Assembly: GCA_017466375.1 (NCBI GenBank)
Contig: JAFTUH010000035.1
Coordinates: 5,555-69,554, forward strand
DNA: 64,000 bases
Direction: 5' to 3'
Source: Clostridia bacterium
Lineage (GTDB): Bacteria > Bacillota > Clostridia > Oscillospirales > CAG-272
Under the pieces are notes generated by a model. The model worked only from the letters and a program-made list of their open reading frames with translations. It did not search any database and was not told the origin of the DNA. Positions within the stretch are counted from its first letter, which is position 1. The number at the start of each line of letters is the position of its first letter. Below, one piece after another: positions 6,526-15,454 of the stretch. The position numbers and the translations under genes are program-made.

Positions 6526-9500
6526 TTATTTTTTGCGTTTTGCGAAGAATACGCCGGCAGCTGCAGCGCCTATGGCGATAACAGCACCTATGATGATCCA
6601 AAGCGTCGGGGATGCATTGTCTTTGTCACCCTGTGTAGTGTCGCCGGTGTTTGCGGGATCGCCGGTGTTTGCGGGATCGCCGGTATTTGCGGGATCGCCG
6701 GTATTTGCAGGATCATCCGTGTCGGGCGTAGTGGTGCCGGGAACAGAAACAGATGCAACGGTAGGATATGCCGTGCCTGCATCCATGTCTTCGACAACGA
6801 ATGTATCGAGGTAATACGTAAGCTCACCCTTGCATACGACATGCATGTAGCATACGTAAGCGCCTACCTCTGCGTTCACGGGAACGGATACTGCTTCGCC
6901 GCCGTTGATCGCAAGCGTTGCGTTCGGCGTCTCATCCGTGAGGGCGAGATCGAACTCAAAATGGTTCCAGCCGTTCTTGACAGCGTTCATGATGACATCG
7001 CCGCCGAGCAGTGTGAGCTGATCCTCATAGAGGGAGAATCCGATCGGGGAAGCCTTGCCGTAATCGGGACCGTGGGAGGCTTCAAGCTCCAGCGTGAGAC
7101 GCGCCTTCGTCACGTCCTCGATATACAGATCAAACGCGATCTTGCCGTCTCGTACCTCGGGGAGGGAGCGGACAGCAGCGGCACCGGGGGTGAACATCAG
7201 CGATTTCTCGCCGACAGATGCCTGGGCGTCGGATGTTTCAACCTGACCGCCCGTAGTGCCCCAGCCTTCATACTCCGTCGTGGAGTTTTCAAAGGAGTCA
7301 TATGCACCCTTCGTACGGAAGAAGAAGTCGGTGAAATCGCTGACCCAGATGTTGCGGAAGCGCTCGCCGCCCATCGTGTCGTCACTGATGACGGTCACCT
7401 GCATCTCGCCGTCATCGTAGAGGAAAACATTCGGGTTCATGGCGTTGATACAGGTGCCGTTGACCATACCCTGATAGTCTGTTCTGAGGTAGATATCCTG
7501 AATAGCCGTGAACGTCAGGAGATTGTCATAGGAGATAGCAACGTTCATAGGATATCTTCTGTAGGAGCCGCCGCCGTATACGTTGTTGCCGCCCCAGAGA
7601 ATGAATTCGTTACCGTCTGCCTTGAAAAGTGTAGGCTGCGTGTTGGAGGTGTAAATGTTGGAAAGCTGTGCTTCCTCCGTCCACGTCTTGCCGAAATCGT
7701 ACGAGAAGGCATATCCGAAGTGGAGAACCTCTTCGTACTGCAGGCGGGAGTAGGCAACCAGTACGCCGTCAGCCGTTTCCATGCATACCTGCTCGCAGAG
7801 ACCGTGCTCCCATTTGTGGATGGTGTCGTCTCCGCCGAAGAAGCGAACGGCGTTCGTGCTCGAGTTCCATGTTTTTCCGCCGTCGGTCGAGTAAAGGGAG
7901 AAAAGCTCGGAGTGCTCGTACTGATGTCCGTAGTACTCCTTCATTTCTTCAGAAGGACGTCTTGTGATAAGAACGAAGTCCACGTTCGGCCCTTCGCCGT
8001 CGTAGGCAGAAACCTTTATGATATCGTCGTAGGACTGAAGAATACGGTCAACTTCATATTTAAAGTTGATTTTTGCTTCCGTCCAGAGCTTGCCGTTGTT
8101 ATCGGAGTACATGATCTTAAACATACTCTTGCCGTTTTCGGGATGCACTCCCTGGACGAAAATACGTCCTGTTACGTCGTCATAACCTGTTCCCATAGGC
8201 TGGGTAAGAACATCGTACGTGCCGCCTGCCGGGAAGAGGTTTGTTCTGGATCTGCCGTTATTCTCGACAAAGTAGTAGGCAAATCCTGTGTTCTCCAAGG
8301 CTTGACCCTGTGTGTTGAACCGCAGACCGTTGTTCAGCCTAACGCTACCGCCGGGGTGGTAGTCAGAGGAGGTTTCGCGCGTACCGTACATAACCTCGTA
8401 AAGAGGCTCGATGTTTGAAATGTCTTTGGCATCCGCATTGCCCGAGAGAACGGTAACCGTTACACTTTCGCCTGCCGGAATATCGGGAATACGCACGAGG
8501 AATTTCTCGCCGTTGAACGCATGATAGAGGATCTCGTCGCCGAGCAGGAAGCGGATGTCGGCGTAGTTTGCATCCAGACACTTTGCACCGGTTTCCTCGA
8601 TGGTGACAGGGGTGAGTACATCCATCATGTCGTCGGTATTCTCGTTTTTGACAGAGAATGCGGAGGTGGTTGCAAATGCACTGCCGCCGTCACCGAAGAC
8701 GTCTTCGTAGTATGCCTCGATCATGCCGGGGATCGGTGCCGTGAAGGTAGTATCCGTTTTGGTATGGAGCGTAAAGTGAACCTTGATATAGCGTCCGGTT
8801 GCTTCAAAATCGTAGAGATATGTATACTGACCGTCTCTCAGAAGCTTGAACGGCTTTACCTGTGTGTAGGTCTTGTTGTCGTCACTTACCCAGATCGTAA
8901 GATTGCTCTCGTTCAGCCGGCAGGAGTCGTCACTGTCTTTCAGTGCGATGACGTTTACCGTTTTCGATTCCTTCAGATCACGAACGACACTGTTGTTCGC
9001 TTCGTCAAAGGTGTAGTAAGGCGCATCCGGAACGGTGGCGCGGCCTTCACTTGTGTTGATATCACCGCGCACGACCAGTACGTCTGACTGCGGGTTAGAT
9101 CCAAGCACATATACATCAATGGATGTGGTCGATCCTATAGACGGTGCCGTTGCCGTGAGCGTCACGGACTTGCCGTCCGTTTCGGGGCGCGTTACCTTTC
9201 CGGTCGCAGGATCAATCACGTCAGGATCAGAGGACTTCCATTCGATCGCAACAGGCGTTGTAAAATGCTTGTTTGCGAAAGTGGTGACGAGATTCAGATT
9301 GTAGTTGACGGTCAGCGGGTTGCCGCGGTTGTTGCTGATGGTATCGAACGTGAGGGAGTCGAGCAGCGTATCGCCGTGGCTCTTACCGACGCAGACTCCT
9401 GTGATATCGATATCAAAGTTGTCCTTCTCGCCTTTTGCGCTCTCTTTGTTGCGCAGAAGGTGGAAACGGACCATGTTTTCGCCGAGATCCCAACGGGACA

Positions 9501-10569
9501 TTTCGGCATCCTCAAAGAACGCGACCTGCTTACCGTCGATGGAAAGGATAAGGTCGCCATCCTTTGTCCATACCGTCTCAACGTAGAACGTGTCCCCGAG
9601 GAACTTGTTCAGCGGATACGTGCGGTCGCGGTCTGCATCGCGGAGGACAAAGACGAGACCGAGCTCCGTATTGATGATGGCCATGGTAACGTAGGGAAGC
9701 TCCTCCCATTCGAGAGATTTTCCCGTTATATACCAGTTCATTCCGCAGGTAGTGATGTAGGGGTAATAGTCGTTATCCGTACCGAGAGGATACACGGGCA
9801 TGGAGTTGGCACAGAACGTGAATCCGAGCACAGTATCTGCGGTGCGGTCACAGATCGCTTCAAACCCGCTTCCCTGGAAATACAGAGTGGAAGAAACGGA
9901 GGGCGGATTTTCGCCGGTTGCACTGTAGTGGTCGTAAAATTTGTATCCGCCGGTCGTTGTTGCAACGCCCTGGTTGTCGGTAGGCTTGCATATCTCATGA
10001 ACGAACTGACCGGCCTGGGTACGGACACCTGCATAACCGGCAGAGGCGCTCGGATTGTTCGCTGCAAACCATTCGGTAGAGGTGAGAAGAACCGAGCCTG
10101 TCCATACGGTGTCTCCGATCGAGATTTCAGCGGGGATCTCTACGCCGTAATCCTTTACGGTGACACCGATCGCGGAGAACGGTACGGAGATTTCCGTACT
10201 GTATTTGCCGGTAGCGCGAACGGTGTAATTTTTCATTTTCGCATTCGACTTGGTGAGCTCCGTTCCGTTCACAGTGACAGAAACACTCTTTTTCTCCGGC
10301 AGGTGTATACCAAGATACAGATTTTCTGTATCCCACTGCGCGCCGATAAGGGCACCGTCATCCGCACGTGTGGCAAGCGCCCAGCCGCCGTCGTTGAATC
10401 TGCCGTTTACGGCAATTTCAGCATTCGCAAAGGACGCGCGCACGGTAGACATGCCAGCCGATTCGGCTGCCTGTGCTTCATCTGCACGGACGGGTACAGC
10501 GGGCAGTGCGCCGAGAAGCAGAAACGCGGCAAGCGCTGCCGATGTGATTTTTTTCCAAATTACGTTCAT
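6526..10569 (-). CDS. BNR/Asp-box sialidase-like multidomain surface protein, paralog P3 (1347 aa)
   Basis: Track ORF. GGAG RBS and signal peptide MNVIWKKITSAALAAFLLLGALPAVPVRA. Asp boxes SDNNGKLW, STDGGKTW, SYDFGKTW. The C-terminal tail is identical to that of P2. Confidence 0.93.
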   Translation of the reverse strand: MNVIWKKITSAALAAFLLLGALPAVPVRADEAQAAESAGMSTVRASFANAEIAVNGRFNDGGWALATRADDGALIGAQWDTENLYLGIHLPEKKSVSVTVNGTELTKSNAKMKNYTVRATGKYSTEISVPFSAIGVTVKDYGVEIPAEISIGDTVWTGSVLLTSTEWFAANNPSASAGYAGVRTQAGQFVHEICKPTDNQGVATTTGGYKFYDHYSATGENPPSVSSTLYFQGSGFEAICDRTADTVLGFTFCANSMPVYPLGTDNDYYPYITTCGMNWYITGKSLEWEELPYVTMAIINTELGLVFVLRDADRDRTYPLNKFLGDTFYVETVWTKDGDLILSIDGKQVAFFEDAEMSRWDLGENMVRFHLLRNKESAKGEKDNFDIDITGVCVGKSHGDTLLDSLTFDTISNNRGNPLTVNYNLNLVTTFANKHFTTPVAIEWKSSDPDVIDPATGKVTRPETDGKSVTLTATAPSIGSTTSIDVYVLGSNPQSDVLVVRGDINTSEGRATVPDAPYYTFDEANNSVVRDLKESKTVNVIALKDSDDSCRLNESNLTIWVSDDNKTYTQVKPFKLLRDGQYTYLYDFEATGRYIKVHFTLHTKTDTTFTAPIPGMIEAYYEDVFGDGGSAFATTSAFSVKNENTDDMMDVLTPVTIEETGAKCLDANYADIRFLLGDEILYHAFNGEKFLVRIPDIPAGESVTVTVLSGNADAKDISNIEPLYEVMYGTRETSSDYHPGGSVRLNNGLRFNTQGQALENTGFAYYFVENNGRSRTNLFPAGGTYDVLTQPMGTGYDDVTGRIFVQGVHPENGKSMFKIMYSDNNGKLWTEAKINFKYEVDRILQSYDDIIKVSAYDGEGPNVDFVLITRRPSEEMKEYYGHQYEHSELFSLYSTDGGKTWNSSTNAVRFFGGDDTIHKWEHGLCEQVCMETADGVLVAYSRLQYEEVLHFGYAFSYDFGKTWTEEAQLSNIYTSNTQPTLFKADGNEFILWGGNNVYGGGSYRRYPMNVAISYDNLLTFTAIQDIYLRTDYQGMVNGTCINAMNPNVFLYDDGEMQVTVISDDTMGGERFRNIWVSDFTDFFFRTKGAYDSFENSTTEYEGWGTTGGQVETSDAQASVGEKSLMFTPGAAAVRSLPEVRDGKIAFDLYIEDVTKARLTLELEASHGPDYGKASPIGFSLYEDQLTLLGGDVIMNAVKNGWNHFEFDLALTDETPNATLAINGGEAVSVPVNAEVGAYVCYMHVVCKGELTYYLDTFVVEDMDAGTAYPTVASVSVPGTTTPDTDDPANTGDPANTGDPANTGDPANTGDTTQGDKDNASPTLWIIIGAVIAIGAAAAGVFFAKRKK
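6643..6714 (-). repeat. 18-bp in-frame tandem repeat, 4 copies (DPANTG x4) in the P3 linker
   Basis: The plus strand reads gccggtgtttgcgggatc repeated with minor variants. The protein reads DDPANTGDPANTGDPANTGDPANTGDTTQG. Confidence 0.9.
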
Positions 10570-10607
10570 GTGATTTCTCCTTAGAATTTCTTACATGATG
10601 TATTGCC

Positions 10608-10637
10608 ATTATAACAAATTGTTGCGTACAATGTCAA
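10608..10637 (-). promoter_or_regulatory. P3 promoter, sigma70-type with extended -10
   Basis: The minus strand reads TTGACA-ttgtacgcaacaatttgt-TATAAT. The spacer is nearly identical to that of the P1 promoter. Confidence 0.7.
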
Positions 10638-10813
10638 GAGGAAGTTGTGCAGAATTTGTGAAAAATTGCGTTATTATCACAACACGAGAAAAAGAGAGTA
10701 TTGACCTTGAAAATTGTGTTTTTTTGGTCTGCAGTTTTCCTCTGCAACAAGGACTACAGCACAATTATAGCATGATTTGCTGACAAGAGTCAATGCGCAT
10801 TTGTCGGGCAAAT

Positions 10814-10849
10814 TTATAAAAAGGACTGCCGTTGAAAACGGCAGTCCTT
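10814..10849 (-). terminator. Intrinsic terminator after P4
   Basis: A 13-bp stem aaggactgccgtt/aacggcagtcctt with a 3-nt loop and a T-run on the minus strand. Confidence 0.85.
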
Positions 10850-10854
10850 AGAGA

Positions 10855-13800
10855 TTATGCGGGTTTCTTTTTGGATTTTACAGCGATGAAGATAACTGCT
10901 CCAATGATTACGGCAGCACCTGCACCGATGCCGATCCAGAGTGCCGGAGAAGACTCACTCGAACCGGGCGTTACGCCGGGATCCACAGGCGTGGGATCAG
11001 CGTATTCGGCCCAGGAGAGGATGACGGGTGCGTCGGTCGGAACGTTGACGTACAAGCCGTCCTCGCCTTCGAATACGGAAAGAAGCTTTCCGAAATCATC
11101 CGTCTTGCGGTCATCATCTGTCATGAGAACCAGTGCGCGGAACGCGTGCGTACTTGCCGCTGTTCCTTCGGGATAAGCGAATTTGACAGTCATGCCTGCA
11201 GGCGGAATGTCATAAGTCGTAGCGTCCGCCCACGTGTCACCGCCGTCCTTGGAGATGATCGGGGAGAGAGAGTAAATTGCCGTGTTTTCAGCAAGATAGG
11301 TCTCGTCGGCACCTGCAAGCACGAAGCCCTGCATAGCGGCAGTGAATGCGGCGGTGTCATCGTAATTCTCGGAAAGCGCATCCGTAAGCTCGGTGAACGC
11401 GGAGGCTTCTGCGGAGACGATAATATCGGGCACGAACGAGTTGTCTTCGTCAATGATGAGGAACTCGTCGAGATAGTATGTAAGTTCGCCGAGACCGCGT
11501 ACGTGAACGAATGCAGCATAGTCGCCGATTTCGCTGTTTACGGGAACGGTGATGTTCTCGCCGCCGTTTACGGAAAGGGAAGCGGCAGGCTTTTCGTTCA
11601 GCATATCCAGCGAAAATTCAAAGTGGTTCCAGCCGTCCTTCAGATTGAGGGCAACAGCGGAGTCAGCACCGAGGAAGGTTACCTTATTGCCGTTCAGCTG
11701 GAAGGCAATCGGTGCGGCAAGACCGTACTCAAATCCGTAGGAGGACTCAAACTCAAACTCAAACTTCGCCTTGTCCACGTCTTCAATGAACAGATCGAAC
11801 GAAACCGTGCCGTTTTGGATGTACGGGATTGAACGGTTGGCAGAAGCACCGGGGGTAATGCACATGGAGTATTTGCCATCAGATGCCTGTGCATCGGAGT
11901 GAGCGATCTCACCGCCCGTCGTTGACCAGCCTTCCCATTCGGGATCTGTTTGCTCAAAGGTGTCGTATGCGCCTCTGGTTTTGAAGAAATAGTCGAGGAA
12001 GTTGTTGATGCGAAGTGTGTTCATCTTGCCGTTTGTGGCGGAGTTGGTGAGGAGGATGCAGTCGCCGGACTTGGATATCTGCGTGTTTGTGTTGTCGACA
12101 GCGGTTGCGGTCGTCATACCCTGAAGTGCCGTCTTGGAGAAGAGATCCAGCACGCCTTCAAACGTCATCAGATTGTCGTAGGAAACACCAATCGACAGGG
12201 GATAACGGCGGAACGAACCCTGACCGAACATATTGTTGCCGCCCCACATCATGAACTGATAATCGCCGAAGTTGAACAGATACGGCTGCGTATTGACGGA
12301 GTAAACATCGGAGAGCTCAGCTTCCTTAGTCCACGTCTTACCGTAATCGTAGGAGAAAGAGCGGCAGAGCGTGTATACGTTGTCATACTGGCAGCGTGAG
12401 TAAACGACGACGGTGCCGTTTTTTGCCTCCAGAATGTGTGCCTCGCAGACGCCGTGCTCACGGGTATGCGCGTGCTCGCCCTGTGCTTCGCCGTCGTAGA
12501 AGGCGATATCATCCGGACTGAGCGTCCATGTTTTACCGTTATCCGTCGTGTATGCAACGCGTGCAACTGCGTGACCGTAGCGGTTGTTGTAATGCTCGGA
12601 TACTGCGGGGGATTCAGTGTTCAGAACGTGTACGTAGTCTACGTTCGGACCGTCGCCGTCATTACAGGAAAGTCGGGCGATCTGCGCGTAGGAGAGCAGA
12701 TACGTGGATTCGTACTCACCGGTCTGCGTAAGCGGAGCATGCTTCCAGCTTCTGCCCATGTCATCAGAGTACATATAGTGCGTCATCAGACCGATATTAT
12801 TGCCACCGCCGTCACGGATTCTGGTGTAGCCGGTTACAATGAGACGGTCTGCAGCTTCGTCATAGATCGCGCCTTGCGGTACGCAGAGATAAGGTGCAGA
12901 TCCGACTGCGGTCAGGTAACCGCTCCAGCTTCTGCCCTGGTCCTCGGAGAAGCAGAACTTAAAGGGGGTCTCGTAGTCTGATTGTGCGGCAAAGGCGAGA
13001 ATCCGTCCGTCCGGAAGTGTGGTCGTGTAACGTGCGGTGAGAGACGGATCCGTCTCAACCGTACCGTAAACGATCTCATATACGTTCGTCTTGTTGGAGA
13101 TATCCTTTGCGTTCGCGTTGCCGGAGAGAATTTTCAGAGTAACGGAAGAATTCTTCGGAATCTTCGTAACACGGACATAGAAGTTCGTGCCGTCGAAATA
13201 GTGATACAGCATCTCGCCGTCGAGATAGAAGCGAACGTCTGCGCTGTCAGATGCAGCACACTGGACGCCGGCATCGGCAGGGGAGATCTTTTCAATGGAA
13301 TCAAACTTCGCTGTATCGGTGTTGTTTGTCAGCGTGTAGCTGCTCTCGGTTGCGAATGCCGAACCGTTATCACCGAATACATTCTCATAGTACGCATCGA
13401 TCATCTCGTCGAGCGGACCGATGAAGTCGCAGTCTCTCTCGGTGTTGGTTGTGCAGTGCACCTTGATGTATCGACCGGTTGCCTCGAAATCGTACAGATA
13501 GGTATACATTCCGTCACGCAGGAGTTTGAACGAAGGAACCTGCGTATAGGTTTTGTTGTCATCGCTCGTCCAGATGGTGAGCATCGTTTCGTTCAGCTTA
13601 TTGATCTCGTCGGAGTCCTTCAGCGCGATTACGTTAACCGTCTTCGACTCTTTCAGATCACGGATGATACTGTTGTTCGAGGTGTCGAGCGTGAACTCGT
13701 AAACATCCTGAACGGTACCCTTGCCTTCGTATGCTGTTACGTCGCTGATAACAGCGAGAACATCGCTTTCGGGAGCAAGTCCCTTAACGTACAGATCGAA

Positions 13801-15276
13801 GGACTTCTTCAGACCGGTTTCGGAATCCGTTGCGGTCAGCGTGACAAGCTTGCCGTTATTCTGCGGCTGCGTGATTTTACCGGTAGCCGGATCGATTACA
13901 GCCGGATCGGAGCTCTCCCACGTAAGAGAAAGCGACTTGTTGAACTGGGGATGCTTCCACTCGGTCGGCAGAGACAGATTGGATATGATGGAGTGCGAAT
14001 CGGGATTGGCGTTTTTATCCCCTTGGATCGTCCAGAAGCCGAGCGCATCGATCAGGTTCTCACCGTAGTATTTACCCATAGCGAGATTGGTGACGTCGAT
14101 ATCGAAATCGTCCTCGGAGGAGTCGGCGATTTCAGCACTGCGTGCGATACCCATGGTCATGATGTTCCGCGCCTCCATGCGGCGGTGCGTGCTGTCCGCG
14201 TTTTCGATCACCTTGAGAACTTCGCCGTCCACATAAAGAATTACGTCGCCGTCCGTCGTCCAGTTGATACCGATACGGAATTTCTCGCCGAGCTGCTTGT
14301 TCAGCGGGCAGGAATACGTAGCGCCGTTCATTTTCAAAGCAGAGGTGTTCAAAATAAACGAAAGACCGGAATCCGTATTCACGATTGCCATCGTGATGAA
14401 GTTGTTGTAGTAGCTGGCGTTATCTCTCAGATACCAGAAGAAACCGCAGTTGGGATATTCGCCCCAGAAATCATTCTCCGTGCCGAGCTCGTATACAGGC
14501 ATGGATCTTGCGAGAAAGTCAAATTCCACGAGCGTGTCCGCAGTGCGGTCGCCGATCGGCGCATATACATCTCCACTGTAAGTGAGAGATGTGCGGATCG
14601 AGATGGCAGGGCGAGCGGCATCTGCATTGTAGCGGTCAAAGAAATTGTAACCGCTGCCGACTGTGTTTGCTCCCTGATCGGGCGTGGGTTGCGACCACTC
14701 GTGCACAAGGCGCATACCGGATTTGTAAAGACTGCCGTGCGGAGAAAGTCGGTTGGCGTTGTCAGCAGCAAACCAATCGATGGAGGTAAGATGCGTAACA
14801 CCTTCCCAGACTGTGCTTCCGACTGCGATTTTTGTCGGGATTTTAACGCTGTAATCCTCTACCGTGACGCCAAGTGTTTCGAGAGAAACATAGTACTCGG
14901 TGTTCAGTTTGTTGGAGGAGGTTTTGGATTGAGAGTTATCACTCGTCAGTTCGACCCCGTTCAGTGTGACGGAAATCTTTTCTTTTTTCTCGTTTCTGAC
15001 AGCAAAGTAGAGATTTTCAAAATCCCACTGTGCACCGGCAGTAACATTTTCGGTGATCGGTGCGATCATGTTCCAACCGGATTCGGTCGTCAGACCGTTG
15101 AGCTTCATTTCTTCGTCCGTGTAAGCCGCGCGGATTACATTCTCTTCGGGCAGTACAGAGGGCATCGAAATGTCGGCTGTTGACTCGGCAGCATTAACTG
15201 CGAAAGCAGGTACGGTACCAACAGCCAGGATGAGTGAGAGCGTGAAAGCAAACGCTCTTTTGATGAAGGAAGTCAT
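10855..15276 (-). CDS. BNR/Asp-box sialidase-like multidomain surface protein, paralog P4 (1473 aa, long form)
   Basis: Track ORF 10855..15357. I prefer the ATG at 15276 (MTSFIKRAFAFTLSLILAVGTVPAFA) with a GGAG RBS. Asp boxes SEDQGRSW, SDDMGRSW, TTDNGKTW, SYDYGKTW. Carries an extra C-terminal module and a TM/KSKKK tail. Confidence 0.93.
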   Translation of the reverse strand: MTSFIKRAFAFTLSLILAVGTVPAFAVNAAESTADISMPSVLPEENVIRAAYTDEEMKLNGLTTESGWNMIAPITENVTAGAQWDFENLYFAVRNEKKEKISVTLNGVELTSDNSQSKTSSNKLNTEYYVSLETLGVTVEDYSVKIPTKIAVGSTVWEGVTHLTSIDWFAADNANRLSPHGSLYKSGMRLVHEWSQPTPDQGANTVGSGYNFFDRYNADAARPAISIRTSLTYSGDVYAPIGDRTADTLVEFDFLARSMPVYELGTENDFWGEYPNCGFFWYLRDNASYYNNFITMAIVNTDSGLSFILNTSALKMNGATYSCPLNKQLGEKFRIGINWTTDGDVILYVDGEVLKVIENADSTHRRMEARNIMTMGIARSAEIADSSEDDFDIDVTNLAMGKYYGENLIDALGFWTIQGDKNANPDSHSIISNLSLPTEWKHPQFNKSLSLTWESSDPAVIDPATGKITQPQNNGKLVTLTATDSETGLKKSFDLYVKGLAPESDVLAVISDVTAYEGKGTVQDVYEFTLDTSNNSIIRDLKESKTVNVIALKDSDEINKLNETMLTIWTSDDNKTYTQVPSFKLLRDGMYTYLYDFEATGRYIKVHCTTNTERDCDFIGPLDEMIDAYYENVFGDNGSAFATESSYTLTNNTDTAKFDSIEKISPADAGVQCAASDSADVRFYLDGEMLYHYFDGTNFYVRVTKIPKNSSVTLKILSGNANAKDISNKTNVYEIVYGTVETDPSLTARYTTTLPDGRILAFAAQSDYETPFKFCFSEDQGRSWSGYLTAVGSAPYLCVPQGAIYDEAADRLIVTGYTRIRDGGGNNIGLMTHYMYSDDMGRSWKHAPLTQTGEYESTYLLSYAQIARLSCNDGDGPNVDYVHVLNTESPAVSEHYNNRYGHAVARVAYTTDNGKTWTLSPDDIAFYDGEAQGEHAHTREHGVCEAHILEAKNGTVVVYSRCQYDNVYTLCRSFSYDYGKTWTKEAELSDVYSVNTQPYLFNFGDYQFMMWGGNNMFGQGSFRRYPLSIGVSYDNLMTFEGVLDLFSKTALQGMTTATAVDNTNTQISKSGDCILLTNSATNGKMNTLRINNFLDYFFKTRGAYDTFEQTDPEWEGWSTTGGEIAHSDAQASDGKYSMCITPGASANRSIPYIQNGTVSFDLFIEDVDKAKFEFEFESSYGFEYGLAAPIAFQLNGNKVTFLGADSAVALNLKDGWNHFEFSLDMLNEKPAASLSVNGGENITVPVNSEIGDYAAFVHVRGLGELTYYLDEFLIIDEDNSFVPDIIVSAEASAFTELTDALSENYDDTAAFTAAMQGFVLAGADETYLAENTAIYSLSPIISKDGGDTWADATTYDIPPAGMTVKFAYPEGTAASTHAFRALVLMTDDDRKTDDFGKLLSVFEGEDGLYVNVPTDAPVILSWAEYADPTPVDPGVTPGSSESSPALWIGIGAGAAVIIGAVIFIAVKSKKKPA

Positions 15277-15327
15277 ACAATTCTCCTTAGTGAAATTGTG
15301 CGGACGAGAGTATCCGTCACTTCGTTT

Positions 15328-15357
15328 ATTATAGCAAATTGACGATTGTTTTGTCAA
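15328..15357 (-). promoter_or_regulatory. P4 promoter, sigma70-type with extended -10
   Basis: The minus strand reads TTGACA-aaacaatcgtcaatttgc-TATAAT. Confidence 0.7.
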
Positions 15358-15410
15358 TATTTAATCAAACATTTGGGTATGAAAAAGAATATGTTGGTCA
15401 AATATTGTAA

Positions 15411-15447
15411 AAAACAGAAAAAACCCGGCAATTTTTTGCCGGGTTTT
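15411..15447 (-). terminator. Intrinsic terminator after P5
   Basis: An 11-bp stem aaacccggcaa/ttgccgggttt with a 4-nt loop, followed by a T-rich tract on the minus strand. Confidence 0.85.
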
Positions 15448-15454
15448 GAGTGGA

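Noticed and set aside
6639-6716. Short, regularly spaced direct repeats that could resemble a CRISPR array.
   Set aside because: The 18-bp units are contiguous with no spacers, lie in frame inside a coding sequence (DPANTG), and there are no cas genes in the window.
10595-10783. Small intergenic ORFs between paralogs: 10595..10783, 19783..20019, 24095..24349, 6389..6601 and 33090..33347.
   Set aside because: They have no RBS and no recognisable motifs, and they overlap the promoters, terminators or coding ends of the flanking large genes.
10760-10800. TTGTCA...TATAAT-like hexamers upstream of P3 (around 10765-10795, minus-strand sense) as a second promoter.
   Set aside because: The spacer is only ~11 nt, which is incompatible with sigma70 geometry. 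It is probably a degenerate remnant of a duplicated promoter.
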